A stretch of DNA of 64,000 nt from Candidatus Multivoradales bacterium (GTDB taxonomy: Bacteria; Acidobacteriota; Thermoanaerobaculia; Multivoradales; J023): contig CBDFLE010000005.1 of the NCBI GenBank assembly GCA_965248925.1, positions 768,001-832,000 of the forward strand, in the 5' to 3' direction. Below, piece by piece: positions 9,639 to 20,168 of the stretch. Position 1 is the first letter of the stretch. Each line of letters opens with the position of its first letter. A program made the position numbers and the translations under genes. The notes below the pieces were generated by a model. That model saw only the letters and a program-made list of their open reading frames with translations. It was not told the DNA's origin and did not search any database.

Positions 9639-10494
9639 CTAAGTGGGTGACTGACGTCTACGATCAAGAATGAATCGCCGCATCGTCCGTGCCACCCGCT
9701 GGGCCAATGCCGGATACAAGGCGGGATCTAGCGCGTCCAGATTTCCAGTGAATCCATCTCCATAGAGGATACAGGCCAAGTGTTGCTGAATTCGAACTGG
9801 CCACATCATACATGCTTCCGGCAGTTCCCCACTCCAGCTCGCGGCAAATTCTAGGTGCGCGGCGACTGCTGGCAGAGCCCCACGGTAGAGCTGGAACTCA
9901 TGCCGCAGACCACCGAACACAGAAGGCTGGGTCAAGTCGATTCGTAGAGCGTTGAAATGACTTGGCACGAGGTTGTCACCGGCCGCCCGCCAGCCGCGCA
10001 GGGTGTCGCCACTGACCCGCAATACCGCCCGGCGGCGAAAATGCCGGGCCATGAATTCGAGCAGTAGATCGACCAGGCGATCGGGCCTGGCCACCCCTTC
10101 GATTTGGACTCCAAGCAGCTCCAAAGCGCTGGTGTCGGCCAGTCTGGAAGCTTGCGGGTCATCTGCTGCCACGGTGCTCTGGCTATCGGCCAGCTCTCCC
10201 GCATCGTCCTCGACCCAGCGATAGCGCTGTTGCTCGAGCCGGTCGAGCAGATGTTGCTGCCGCGGCTCGCAGGGCAAGCCGTAGTAGCGCTCTAACGCCG
10301 CCACCAGGCGAACTTCGCTCACCACATGCGGCAACACCCGTGCCCAGCCGTCCGCCCATCAACCCTTGGTGCTCGCGTGCCCGCAATAGCTGCTCGCCGC
10401 TGATCCAGCCGCGCTCAACCAGCAGCTGTCCCAGCCGCTGGACGGCGGCGACCACCGGCGCAGTAGGTGAATCGGTGGCAATGCTACGGCTCAC
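9639..10494 (-). pseudogene. MshEN/GspE-N-like protein with a GAF-like C-terminus, frameshifted near 10340
   Basis: The MshEN-like N-terminus RLGQLLVERGWISGEQLLRAREHQ...GRLG is in one frame. The continuation RVLPHVVSEVRLVAALERYYG is in another frame directly after it. Confidence 0.65.
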
Positions 10495-10825
10495 GCAAAA
10501 ATCCGGAATTCTGCTCTAGTCGAGTCGGTTGTTGAGACTGTCGGGGGGCTTTCCGCGCCACCGGCTGGTCGGCGAGAGCGCCTTGGGTTTGCTTCACTTT
10601 CGTCGCGATTTCATTGAATTAACAGCACTTAGGCTAGGCCGCTGGAAGCGCGAGCATAGCTTGAATGCGGCGGAGCTGTAAAGCGCGCCGAGGAGCCGTG
10701 AAAGTTGTCAGGCGAAAACTGGACTGCTACCCTGGTGCGGTGGAGAAGGGCTCACCTCGATGCCAGAAGACCCGCCGCTCAACACTGACTCTCTGCCGGC
10801 GCGGGCTCGCCGATCGAAAGGAAAG

Positions 10826-13075
10826 ATGAACAGATCACAAGCGCCAGTTTGTAAGTCCCGCCAGTCCCTCGTCACCGCGCTAGTCTGCATCTCTTGGTTC
10901 GCGGCTGCTAGCAGCAGTGCCCAACCCGCCGCGGTTGGCGAAGGCCAGGCCGAACTCTCTCCTCGGCTGGCTCGGCAGCAGGCAGCCTACCAATTTGCGA
11001 TCGCCAAATTACTGGCCGGTGAGAGCTACTACGAAGACGCCCAGGCCGCCTATGAGCGGGCCATAAAACTCGATTCCGCCGATCCCTACGGCCGGGTTGA
11101 GCTGGCCCTTTTCCACCTCGACATGGCGCAGCTGTCGCGCAGCAAAGCCAAGGCCGTCAAGCATTTGCAGCGAGCGGCGCGGGAAATCGGCCAGGCGCAG
11201 CGACTGGAGCCGGACAACATGGAGGTGTTGCAGAGCTACGCTCAGATCCACTTGCAGCTGGCCGAGCAAGATCCTGCCTCTCTGGCCAAGGCGCAACAGG
11301 CGTTCGAACGCCTGCGCGCGGAGGGTGCGGGCGATCGGCGGGCACTGCCTTCCTTGGCTCAGATCTATCTCTGGCAACGCCAGCCGGCAAAAGCTGCCGA
11401 AGTGTTGGAGGACGCGGTTGGCCGCCTGCCTTCAAACCGCTTGATCCAATCAATGTTGGTCGACGCGCTGCTGCAAGCAGGCCAGTTGGGTAAGGCTGAG
11501 GCGGTATTGGCGGAGAATGTTAGCGCCGGTTGGGCTACCGTCGAGGGACGCATGCAGCTCGCCGAGTTGCTCAGTCGGCGGGGCGCCCACCGGGCCGCGG
11601 CAGCAGCTCTCAGTGGCGCCCAGGAGGGCACGGAACGCCTCGACTATCGCCATCGTCTGGCCCGCGAACTGCACCTCAGTGGAGATAATCATGAAGCGCT
11701 GCAGCGGGTCGAGCAGCTCGCCGCCGAGCAGCCAGCAGAAGCCCCGATCAAGCGCCTGCAGATCAGCATCTTGGCGGCCATGGCCCGCAACGAGGAGGCC
11801 CTGGCCCTGCTCGACAGCGAGTTCGACGAGCACAGCGCCGTCAACAGAGAAAATGTTCTACTGCGCAGTCGCCTGCTGGAGAGAGTCGGCCGCAATGACC
11901 AGGCAGCCCAGTCATTGATTGAGTTGATCGCCAAGGCGGAGGACGAGGATCGCCGACTCGAGCTGCGCTTGATGCTAGCCGGTGTCGAAGAACGGCGCGG
12001 TGAATTCGATCGCGCCTTGGAGTTGCTGCAACCCGCTACCGGCGAAACTGAGCCGCGCCGCCTCGGCACCCTGGCGCGAGCGCGGGGCGAGTTGCTGTCA
12101 CGTCACGATCGAACGCGCGATGCTTTGTTCGAGATCGAACGAGAGCTGTCGCGGTTGCAGACCTTGGCGGCAGGCGACAATCAGCAGGCGGCGGCGGTGG
12201 CCGAGCGACTCGGCTTGCGGCGCCTGCTGCTGCTTTCCGATCTCGAGGAATGGCACCGCTTGGAGCAGTTGGCAAGCGAACTGATGACCTCGGAAGAGCC
12301 GGCAGTCCGCTCAGCGGCGCGTTTGCTGGCGGTCGATGCACTGGCGGAATTGGGCAACCTCGATCGGGCCCTTGACTTGCTGGATCCCGAGCGGATCGCT
12401 AGTGCGGGTCAGCGTCAAGCTCTGGCGCGACGAGTGCAGCTCCTCGACAGTCATGGCCGGGGACAGGAAGCGCGCCAGCTGCTCAGCGAAATAACCACAG
12501 CAGAGGCGGCGGTCGACGATCTGTTCTTTGCCGCTCAGGTGTTGCAGCAGCTGGAGAGCTACGCTGAAATGGTGCCCTTGCTTGAGCGGGCGCAAGCAGA
12601 GCTGCCCGATTCTATTCGCGTCTTGTTCCTGCTCGGCGCTGCCCACGAACGCCAAGGCGCCACGGAGGCGGCGGCGGCGGCTTTCCTCAAGGTGCTCGAA
12701 ATCGAACCCAACCACACGGCGAGTCTGAACTATCTCGGCTATATGTGGGCAGAGCGGGGCGAGCACCTCGACCAGGCACTGACCATGGTCCGCCGCGCCG
12801 TGGCGCTCGATCAGGATAACGGCGCCTATCTCGACACTCTCGGCTGGGCGCTTTACCAGCTCGGCGATTACCAAGACGCCCGTCGCCACCTTGAGTGGGC
12901 AGTCCGTTTAGTACCGAACGATGCGACGGTTTTTGATCATCTTGGCGACCTCTACGTCAAGCTACGCCAGGTAGAGCTGGCGCGGGGTTCGTACCAGCGG
13001 GCACTGGAACTCGAGTCGGAGCAAGCCGAAAACGTTCGCAAAAAGCTGGAATTGCTCACTCAACCTGATTCATGA
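10826..13075 (+). CDS. Exported TPR-repeat protein
   Basis: Signal-peptide-like N-terminus and multiple TPRs, including LNYLGYMWAE...AYLDTLGWALYQLG...DHLGDLY. Confidence 0.9.
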   Translation: MNRSQAPVCKSRQSLVTALVCISWFAAASSSAQPAAVGEGQAELSPRLARQQAAYQFAIAKLLAGESYYEDAQAAYERAIKLDSADPYGRVELALFHLDMAQLSRSKAKAVKHLQRAAREIGQAQRLEPDNMEVLQSYAQIHLQLAEQDPASLAKAQQAFERLRAEGAGDRRALPSLAQIYLWQRQPAKAAEVLEDAVGRLPSNRLIQSMLVDALLQAGQLGKAEAVLAENVSAGWATVEGRMQLAELLSRRGAHRAAAAALSGAQEGTERLDYRHRLARELHLSGDNHEALQRVEQLAAEQPAEAPIKRLQISILAAMARNEEALALLDSEFDEHSAVNRENVLLRSRLLERVGRNDQAAQSLIELIAKAEDEDRRLELRLMLAGVEERRGEFDRALELLQPATGETEPRRLGTLARARGELLSRHDRTRDALFEIERELSRLQTLAAGDNQQAAAVAERLGLRRLLLLSDLEEWHRLEQLASELMTSEEPAVRSAARLLAVDALAELGNLDRALDLLDPERIASAGQRQALARRVQLLDSHGRGQEARQLLSEITTAEAAVDDLFFAAQVLQQLESYAEMVPLLERAQAELPDSIRVLFLLGAAHERQGATEAAAAAFLKVLEIEPNHTASLNYLGYMWAERGEHLDQALTMVRRAVALDQDNGAYLDTLGWALYQLGDYQDARRHLEWAVRLVPNDATVFDHLGDLYVKLRQVELARGSYQRALELESEQAENVRKKLELLTQPDS

Positions 13076-13167
13076 GCGAGATTCGTACCCCGCCGGTCAA
13101 TACCGCGCCTCGTGAATGCCAGAAGACGGCGGCTTTCAGCTCGCCTTTTGCTTCCTGCTAGGGCACA

Positions 13168-14577
13168 ATGGCGAGTTCGATGCTTGCTGTTCCACATCAA
13201 CAAAGCGCCGTCCGCACGCTGCCCTACAGCGAGGAATCAGAGCGCGCCGTGCTCGCCGGAGTGCTGCTTTCGCCGCACCTCCTGGCCTTGGTTGCAGGCC
13301 GCCTGACAGCTGAAGACTTCTATCTCGAACGCCATCAGGTGCTCTACCGGGCAATGCTCGAGCTCGGCGAACAGCGGGTCGACATCGACCTGCGCACCCT
13401 GCAAGCATTGCTGGAGCAACAGGACACCTTCGAGTCGTTGGGCGGCCTCGCCTACCTCGCCGGTCTGGATTCCGATTTACCGGATCTAGCACGGGTCGAG
13501 ACCTACGTCGAGTTGGTCAAGGAACGTTCGGTACGACGGCGGCTGATCGAGGTCTGCGAGGAAACGACCCGCGACTGCTACGACGGCGGCCTCGACGCCC
13601 AAGAAGCTCTGGCGCGGGCCGAAAAGTCGGTCTTGGGCCTTTCCGAAGAGGCCATGCAGCGTGATTTCACGCCCCTCTCCGAGATCTTCCAGCTGACCGT
13701 CGCCGACCTCGAAGAAAGGGCTGATCAACGCGGCTTGATCGGTCTGCCGAGCGGATTCTACGACTGGGACCAGATGACTCAGGGCCTGGTCGACGGCAAC
13801 CTGATCATCATCGCTGGCCGTCCCGGCATGGGTAAGACCAGTTTCGCGGTCAATGTGGCGCAACACGTCGGCATCCGCGCCGACTCCTCGGTGGCGATCT
13901 TTTCCTTGGAGATGGGCAAGGAGGAGCTGGCGATGAGAATCCTGGCCTCAGAGGCCGATCTGCCATTCGGCAATCTGCGCGCCGGTCGCCTGTCGGCGGG
14001 GCAGTGGGAAAAGCTCTACGGAGTCATCCGCCAGATCGAGAAGGCGCCGATCCACATCGACGACTCTCCCAATCCTTCGCTGCTCGAGATCGGCTCCAAA
14101 GCCCGCCGATTGAAGGCCGAGCACGGTCTCGACCTGCTGATCTTGGACTACCTCCAGCTAATGCAAGCCGGCGGCCGCTATGAGAACCGCAACCTGGAGA
14201 TCGCTGCTATCTCCAGGGGACTCAAGCAGTTGGCAAAAGAGCTGTCAATCCCGATACTGGCTCTGTCTCAGCTCTCTCGCGGCCCCGAGCGGCGCGCCGG
14301 CGACCACCGGCCGCAGCTCGCTGATCTGCGCGAGTCGGGCTCGATCGAGCAGGACGCCGACATGGTGTGCTTCGTCTACCGCGACGAGCTGTACAATAAA
14401 GAAGATCCCGACAATAAAGGACTGGCGGAGCTGATCATCTCCAAACACCGTAATGGCCAGACCGGCACTGTCCACCTAATTTTTATTGGCGAGACCACCA
14501 GTTTCCGCAATTTCGACCGCCATCATAGTGGTGATGTTGGCGGTGGTTCTTCCGGCGGCGACCCGCAGGGCTATTGA
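13168..14577 (+). CDS. dnaB: Replicative DNA helicase
   Basis: AGRPGMGKT, FSLEM, DYLQLM, LSQLSR, DLRESGSIEQDAD, KHRNG. The start could be 13180. Confidence 0.99.
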   Translation: MASSMLAVPHQQSAVRTLPYSEESERAVLAGVLLSPHLLALVAGRLTAEDFYLERHQVLYRAMLELGEQRVDIDLRTLQALLEQQDTFESLGGLAYLAGLDSDLPDLARVETYVELVKERSVRRRLIEVCEETTRDCYDGGLDAQEALARAEKSVLGLSEEAMQRDFTPLSEIFQLTVADLEERADQRGLIGLPSGFYDWDQMTQGLVDGNLIIIAGRPGMGKTSFAVNVAQHVGIRADSSVAIFSLEMGKEELAMRILASEADLPFGNLRAGRLSAGQWEKLYGVIRQIEKAPIHIDDSPNPSLLEIGSKARRLKAEHGLDLLILDYLQLMQAGGRYENRNLEIAAISRGLKQLAKELSIPILALSQLSRGPERRAGDHRPQLADLRESGSIEQDADMVCFVYRDELYNKEDPDNKGLAELIISKHRNGQTGTVHLIFIGETTSFRNFDRHHSGDVGGGSSGGDPQGY

Positions 14578-14580
14578 TCC

Positions 14581-15969
14581 TTGGCCAAGGCCCGCTCTGT
14601 CTTCGTCTGTCAGTCCTGCGGCCATCAGGCCGCCAAGTGGCTCGGCCGCTGTACCGAGTGCGGCACTTGGGACAGCTTTGCCGAAGAGGCTCGGAGCAGC
14701 GGCAGCCGTGGAGCCGGCCTGCCGGGCGGAGGCCGAGCGGGGGCAACAGTGGTACCCCTGATCGAGGTGGCAGACGAACACACTCTACGGTTCTCTAGCG
14801 GCAGCGAATTGCTCGACCGAGTGCTCGGCGGCGGCATAGTCGCCGGCAGCGCGGTGCTGGTGGCTGGCGAGCCGGGCATCGGCAAATCAACCTTGCTCCT
14901 ACAACTCGGCAATGCCCTGGCCACCGACGCCGAGGGTCGGGGCAACCGGGTGCTCTACCTCAGTGCGGAGGAGTCGCCGCGGCAGCTGCGCTTGCGCGGC
15001 GAGCGCCTGGGTTGCGATCGGCCGGGCCTGTTGGTGGCCGGCGAAACTCGCCTGGAACCGCTGATCGCCGCCATCGAAGAGCACCGGCCCGCGGTGGTGA
15101 TGGTCGATTCGGTGCAGGCCCTGCGCAGTCAAGATCTACAGGGACCGCCCGGTGCCATCGGTCAAGTCAGGCATTGTGCCGACCGCCTGGTGGATCTTGC
15201 CAAACGCCGCGATGTGGCCTTGTTCTTGGTTGGACACGTCACCAAGGAAGGCACCATCGCCGGTCCCAAGTCCCTCGAGCATCTAGTCGACACGGTGCTG
15301 ACCTTCGAAGGCGAGAGAGGCTCTGAGTACCGCTTGCTGCGGGCGCAGAAGAACCGGTTCGGACCCACCGGCGAGGTGGCGATGTTCGAAATGCACGACA
15401 GCGGCCTCTCGGAAGTGGCAGATCCTTCGCGGGTGCTGCTCTCCCAACGCCGCGGCCAGAGCCCGGGCTCGGCGGTGACCGCGAGCATGCACGGCTCCCG
15501 CCCTCTGTTGGTCGAAGTGCAAGCCTTGGTCAACCCATCGAGCTTACCCTCACCGCGCCGGATGAATGTCGGCCTCGACGCCAACCGAGTAGTGCTGCTA
15601 GTAGCCGTGCTGGAGCGCTTTGGCGGCATCCAGCTGGCCGATCGTGATCTGTTCCTGAACGTCATCGGCGGCTTCACCCTGCGCGAGCCGGCGGTCGATC
15701 TGGCTGTAGCAGCCGCGGTGATGTCGGCCTACTGCGAAAGGCCCTTGCCCGAAGGCGCAGCCTACTTCGGCGAGGTCGGCCTGCTCGGCGAGGTACGTCC
15801 AGTGTCGCGTACCGACAGCCGTCTGCGGGAAACCCAGATGCTGGGTTTCGACCGGGTCTACCTGCCACCTCTCGAAGGCGTGAAAGTGCCCAAAGGCCTG
15901 CAAGCGATCGAGATCACCGACCTCGGCGAGCTAGCCGCGGCGGTGATGGGTGCCCCGGGTCGGCAGTAA
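14581..15969 (+). CDS. radA: DNA repair protein RadA/Sms
   Basis: CxxC...CxxC zinc finger, GEPGIGKSTLLLQ, KNRFG. Confidence 0.99.
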   Translation: MAKARSVFVCQSCGHQAAKWLGRCTECGTWDSFAEEARSSGSRGAGLPGGGRAGATVVPLIEVADEHTLRFSSGSELLDRVLGGGIVAGSAVLVAGEPGIGKSTLLLQLGNALATDAEGRGNRVLYLSAEESPRQLRLRGERLGCDRPGLLVAGETRLEPLIAAIEEHRPAVVMVDSVQALRSQDLQGPPGAIGQVRHCADRLVDLAKRRDVALFLVGHVTKEGTIAGPKSLEHLVDTVLTFEGERGSEYRLLRAQKNRFGPTGEVAMFEMHDSGLSEVADPSRVLLSQRRGQSPGSAVTASMHGSRPLLVEVQALVNPSSLPSPRRMNVGLDANRVVLLVAVLERFGGIQLADRDLFLNVIGGFTLREPAVDLAVAAAVMSAYCERPLPEGAAYFGEVGLLGEVRPVSRTDSRLRETQMLGFDRVYLPPLEGVKVPKGLQAIEITDLGELAAAVMGAPGRQ

Positions 15970-16033
15970 GAAAGCCAAATTAATTGGCATCTGGATCTAT
16001 CGTTGTATTCCTCTCAGACGCCGGTAGTGCGTC

Positions 16034-16918
16034 CTAAAGCCGCGGTTCCCGACCGCTGAGGCGGCGGAACGCCTCGCAGTAGCGTTCGAGGGTACCGGCA
16101 ACAACTTCCTCCGGCAGCAGCGGCGGGGTGGACTCGCGATCCCAACCGGTGCTGTCGAGCCAGTTGCGGACGTACTGCTTGTCAAAGGAAGGCGGCTCGC
16201 TGCCTGGCACCCAGGTCTCCATCTCCCAGTAGCGTGAGGAATCGGGGGTCAGTACCTCGTCGATCAGTGTCAGCTCGCCGTCGACCAGGCCGAATTCGAA
16301 TTTGGTGTCGGCCAAGATCAAACCGCGTTGGCGAGCGTGTACCGAGCCCCGGCGGTAGAGCTCCAGGGAGATATCCCGCAGGCGGCTGGCCAGCTCTTCG
16401 CCGATGGCGCCTGCCATCACCGCGTAGGAAATATTCTCATCGTGACCGGTCTCGGCCTTGGTGGCGGGGGTGAAAATCGGTTCCGGAAGCTGGTCCGCGC
16501 GACGCAGGCCGGCGGTAAGGGGAACCCCACAGATCTCGCCGCTCTGGTTGTAGTCGCGAAAGCCACTGCCCGCCAGGTAGCCGCGAACGACACATTCAAA
16601 GGGGATGACCTCGGCTTTTTTGGCCCATGCGGTCCGCCCCTGCAAAATCTCGCGGTGGGCTTCGACAGCGGCCGGCCAGGGACCGTGGTCAAGATGCCCC
16701 GGTACGACGTCCGCCAGCTGCTCGAACCAGAAGTTGCTGATCTGATGGAGGATCTTGCCCTTGCCCGGAATCCCTGGTCGCAACACATGATCGTAAGCCG
16801 AAATGCGGTCGCAGGCGACCAACAACAGGCGATCACCGAGGTCATAGATATCGCGGACCTTGCCTCGCTTGGGAGTTCCCAGACCGCTGAGTTCGGTCTG
16901 CCAGACCGTCTGTGGCAT
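16034..16918 (-). CDS. purC: SAICAR synthetase
   Basis: GKVRDIY, DRISAYD, ECVVRGYLAGSG, LADTKFEFG, DEVLTPDSSR. The AAGGA spacing favours the ATG at 16918. Confidence 0.98.
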   Translation of the reverse strand: MPQTVWQTELSGLGTPKRGKVRDIYDLGDRLLLVACDRISAYDHVLRPGIPGKGKILHQISNFWFEQLADVVPGHLDHGPWPAAVEAHREILQGRTAWAKKAEVIPFECVVRGYLAGSGFRDYNQSGEICGVPLTAGLRRADQLPEPIFTPATKAETGHDENISYAVMAGAIGEELASRLRDISLELYRRGSVHARQRGLILADTKFEFGLVDGELTLIDEVLTPDSSRYWEMETWVPGSEPPSFDKQYVRNWLDSTGWDRESTPPLLPEEVVAGTLERYCEAFRRLSGREPRL

Positions 16919-16990
16919 CGCTATCATCCTTGTCAGTCAGCCGCCGGCGGTTTGCCGGTCAGTTGTTTGGGTTCAGCCGTGGAAGGTCCG

Positions 16991-19024
16991 CTACTCGGCC
17001 TTCGCGGCGGCTTGTTGGCGGGCGCTAGCAACCCGCACGAAGAGGTGATCCAGAGCGGCCATCAAGTCCATTCCGCTGATCGGCCTGAGTTCCGACGGCT
17101 GCCAATGAGCGCCATCTAAGAGTTCGTAGACCACCGTGTCGTCGAGTCCTTTCAGGCGGCAGGTGCCGAGCTTGCGGATGCCGATGGTCAACTTGCCCAG
17201 CGCTTCCTGCTCGATTTTCACCGCGATGTAGCCACGGCCTTGCTCGCGGGCATAGTACGTCTGCTCGAATTGCCCCAAGCGGGCGATGAAGCGCTCCGTG
17301 GCGACGATACCTTCGTTGATCAGGGTGCCATTCTGATTGATGTAGGCGTAGAAACGGCGCGATTCGTCGAGCCGGCTGCCGAGCCCGGACTCGTGGCGCA
17401 GAAGAGGCGCGAAGAACTTGTTGACCGTGGTCTCGGGATAACCAGTGCCGACCAGGAAAGTCTTGAACTCGTCGATCTCCTGCGATGCCTTGCCAGTTGC
17501 CAAGCGAGACAGCTCGACGATCCCTTGGCCGAAGAATTCGTAGCGTGCCGTTTCGTCGGCGTTACCACTCTCGAGCGGCAGCAGGCGATAGCGACTGTAG
17601 TTGATGGCGATGCGCAAGCCGCGGTCGAAGGGAAGTCCAAGTTCCAAGAAATGCTGGTAGGAGCGCTGCAAGAAAATCGCCACCACCAGCAGACGACGAG
17701 CGTTCCGGCCAGAATAGAAGGCGCCATCGCCGAGATACTTCTCCATTCGCAGGCGCAGCGACGAAGCCAGCTTGTTGACCCGCCGTTGAAAGCGGAACAT
17801 CAACCGAAAGGCATGGTCCATGGCGCTCTTTTCGGCCCGGCCGAGCTGCGAAATAACTGCCGAGAACTCGGTGATGTCGTAGACCAAGCCATAGCGTTCT
17901 ACCAGTGGATCGACTACCCACGGGGCCATGAAGTCGATCGGCCGAGTGGCCTTGGAGAGATTCAGCACCGGCGGGCCGCCGACCCAGGTGGAATTGACGC
18001 TGCGATCGCGGGAAATCAAGCGATCGCCATCGTTCTCCACCGGCACCACCATTTTTCGCAAGGCGTGCAGCGCTTCGAACTCCTTCAGTTTGGCGAGCAG
18101 GCTCTCCCACACTTGTACTTGATCGGCGTCGAGCAGGCTGGAGGGGTTGTAGGCCGGATGGCTGGCCAAGAAGCTGACATAGCCAAAGCGGCTCAGCAAG
18201 GAACGGTCGCCGCCACGGTCCGGATCTTCGCCGAGGATCTTCCCTACCGCGCTGCGCAGCAGGGCATCGACTTGTATTTGCTGTAAATGCCAGGTGTCGA
18301 GCGCCGCGATCCCGCGCCGCAAGGCTCGCCCGTCGATCCGCAGACAGCCATTGAAATAGCTTGCTAGCTCGATCAAGTCGGGGCTGATGTGATCTTCGGT
18401 GAAGATCAGCACGTTGTCGCGCATCCGCGCCAGCAGGGTCGGGAAGAGACTTTCCTCCTCTTCCTCGGCCGCCGCCGCCAAGCGCTGGGAAGTGTCGTAG
18501 ATCAGCGTGATGGTCCGATCGATGAACTTGAAAAACACCCGATACTTGATGTCGTCACCACGGTCGCGGCCAATCCTCAAGTCGAAGCGCAGTAGCCGTT
18601 TGGGAATCTGCTTGATGAAGCGGGAGATAGCCAGCGAGTGGTAGAGCCAGAAAACCCCGGCGAAATTCTGGCCGTAGTTCGACGAGCAGACGTTCTCCGT
18701 CGCCTGCTGCAGCAAGCTGCTGTAGCGGTCCCAGCGAGCCGCATAGCGGCGGCTGTCGAAGGGCTCGCGGTTGTAGAGTTTGAACTGCGCCTCTTCCTCG
18801 GCGCTGAGATAGTCTTCGAGCGCCTCCTCGAGAGCGGCAAGCTGAGGCGAGCTGAAGACAGGAAAGCCGATCAGAGGAGTGGTGGCTTCGTCGGCGAGAA
18901 AGATCTTCTGCGGCTCGGGTAAGAGGCGCTCAGCGCCTGGCACGATACGCCGAATCTCTTCTGCGTCGGGGCGCAGGAAGCTGAATCTCCCGCGGGAAAG
19001 GTGTTCTGCTAGCTTGCTGGGCAT
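16991..19024 (-). CDS. Hypothetical protein with a C-terminal divergent class III nucleotide cyclase domain
   Basis: Motifs in the class III order: VYDITEFS, EKYLGDG, LRIAIN, YEFFG..IVELSRL, LKG....VYEL. Confidence 0.7.
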   Translation of the reverse strand: MPSKLAEHLSRGRFSFLRPDAEEIRRIVPGAERLLPEPQKIFLADEATTPLIGFPVFSSPQLAALEEALEDYLSAEEEAQFKLYNREPFDSRRYAARWDRYSSLLQQATENVCSSNYGQNFAGVFWLYHSLAISRFIKQIPKRLLRFDLRIGRDRGDDIKYRVFFKFIDRTITLIYDTSQRLAAAAEEEEESLFPTLLARMRDNVLIFTEDHISPDLIELASYFNGCLRIDGRALRRGIAALDTWHLQQIQVDALLRSAVGKILGEDPDRGGDRSLLSRFGYVSFLASHPAYNPSSLLDADQVQVWESLLAKLKEFEALHALRKMVVPVENDGDRLISRDRSVNSTWVGGPPVLNLSKATRPIDFMAPWVVDPLVERYGLVYDITEFSAVISQLGRAEKSAMDHAFRLMFRFQRRVNKLASSLRLRMEKYLGDGAFYSGRNARRLLVVAIFLQRSYQHFLELGLPFDRGLRIAINYSRYRLLPLESGNADETARYEFFGQGIVELSRLATGKASQEIDEFKTFLVGTGYPETTVNKFFAPLLRHESGLGSRLDESRRFYAYINQNGTLINEGIVATERFIARLGQFEQTYYAREQGRGYIAVKIEQEALGKLTIGIRKLGTCRLKGLDDTVVYELLDGAHWQPSELRPISGMDLMAALDHLFVRVASARQQAAAKAE

Positions 19025-19163
19025 GGCTTGAGATGCGGTCCCACCGATGGATCGTTGTTCGCTTTCGACCTACGTATAACATAGCGTGCTCACCGCCGAC
19101 AGCAGCGAGCGGTCCAGGGGCCCAAAACTAGCAGGCAAAGAGCAGCAAAAGAGAAGGCTAAGA

Positions 19164-20168
19164 GTGACCGACTCTGCACCAACCATCCTCAGCATCCGCA
19201 ATCTGGTCCTCGGCTTTGGTGGCCAGGCGCACCAGAATCCGGTGCTGCGAGGGGTGACCTTTGATTTGCATCGCGGCGAAATCTTGGCCCTGGTCGGCGA
19301 ATCAGGCTGCGGCAAGACCCTCACCGCCTTGACCGTGGTCAACCTGCTGCCGCCGGCGGCATGGATCGACAGTGGAGAAGTTCTACTCAACGGAACCGGT
19401 GACCTACTATCGATGCCGGAGAAGAGTCTGCGACGAGTGCGGGGAGCGCGAGTGGCGATGATTTTCCAGGATCCCGGCGCAGCGCTCAATCCGATCATGA
19501 CCCTCGGTGCCCAGTTGCGCGAAATTCTGCTGCTGCACCGAGGTTTGCGCGGTGCGGTGGCCAATCAGGAAGCACAACGTCTGCTCGAGTTGGTGGCCCT
19601 TCCCGAGGCGCAACGCCGCCTGCGAAGCTATCCCCACGAGCTGTCCGGGGGCCAACGGCAGCGGGTGATATTGGCCATGGCGGTGGCCTGCCAGCCACAA
19701 GTTCTGCTGGCTGATGAGCCCACTACTGCCCTCGATGTGACAGTCCAGGCACAGATCCTGAGGCTGCTCGACGAGCTGCGCCGCGAACTCGATCTCAGCA
19801 TCCTCCTGATCACCCATGACCTCGGCGTGGTGGCGACTCTAGCCGACCGAGTGGCGGTGATGTATGCCGGCCAAATTGTCGAGCAGGCGCCGGTCGCCCG
19901 ACTGTTCGCCGCTCCCAGCCACCCCTACAGCAGGGCGCTGCTGCAAGCGGTGCCAAGACTGGGTCGCTTCGAGACCGAGGGACGAGTGCGGGGTATTCCA
20001 GGACGGGTACCCGCAGCGGCGGAATTGCCGCTGGGGTGTAGCTTCGCCCCCCGCTGCCGAATCGCGGTGGCGGAGTGCAGCGTCGCGGAGCCCCCTTGGA
20101 TTGTGGTCGGCGAGAGCCATCAATCTCGTTGCGCCCTGGCCGCGCCGATCGTAGGTAGACGACCATGA
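19164..20168 (+). CDS. Oligopeptide/dipeptide ABC transporter ATPase (OppD/DppD family)
   Basis: [35 protein letters not shown], Cys-rich tail. Confidence 0.95.
   Translation: MTDSAPTILSIRNLVLGFGGQAHQNPVLRGVTFDLHRGEILALVGESGCGKTLTALTVVNLLPPAAWIDSGEVLLNGTGDLLSMPEKSLRRVRGARVAMIFQDPGAALNPIMTLGAQLREILLLHRGLRGAVANQEAQRLLELVALPEAQRRLRSYPHELSGGQRQRVILAMAVACQPQVLLADEPTTALDVTVQAQILRLLDELRRELDLSILLITHDLGVVATLADRVAVMYAGQIVEQAPVARLFAAPSHPYSRALLQAVPRLGRFETEGRVRGIPGRVPAAAELPLGCSFAPRCRIAVAECSVAEPPWIVVGESHQSRCALAAPIVGRRP

Noticed and set aside
17240-18286. Long antisense ORFs (also 37002..38150 and 56150..57079)
   Set aside because: They lie opposite well-supported genes, have no recognisable motifs, and are expected in high-GC DNA.
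16991-19024. Pycsar/CBASS-type defence system built on the cyclase-like gene
   Set aside because: No adjacent cyclic-nucleotide-binding, TIR or TM effector gene; the flanks are purC and oppD.
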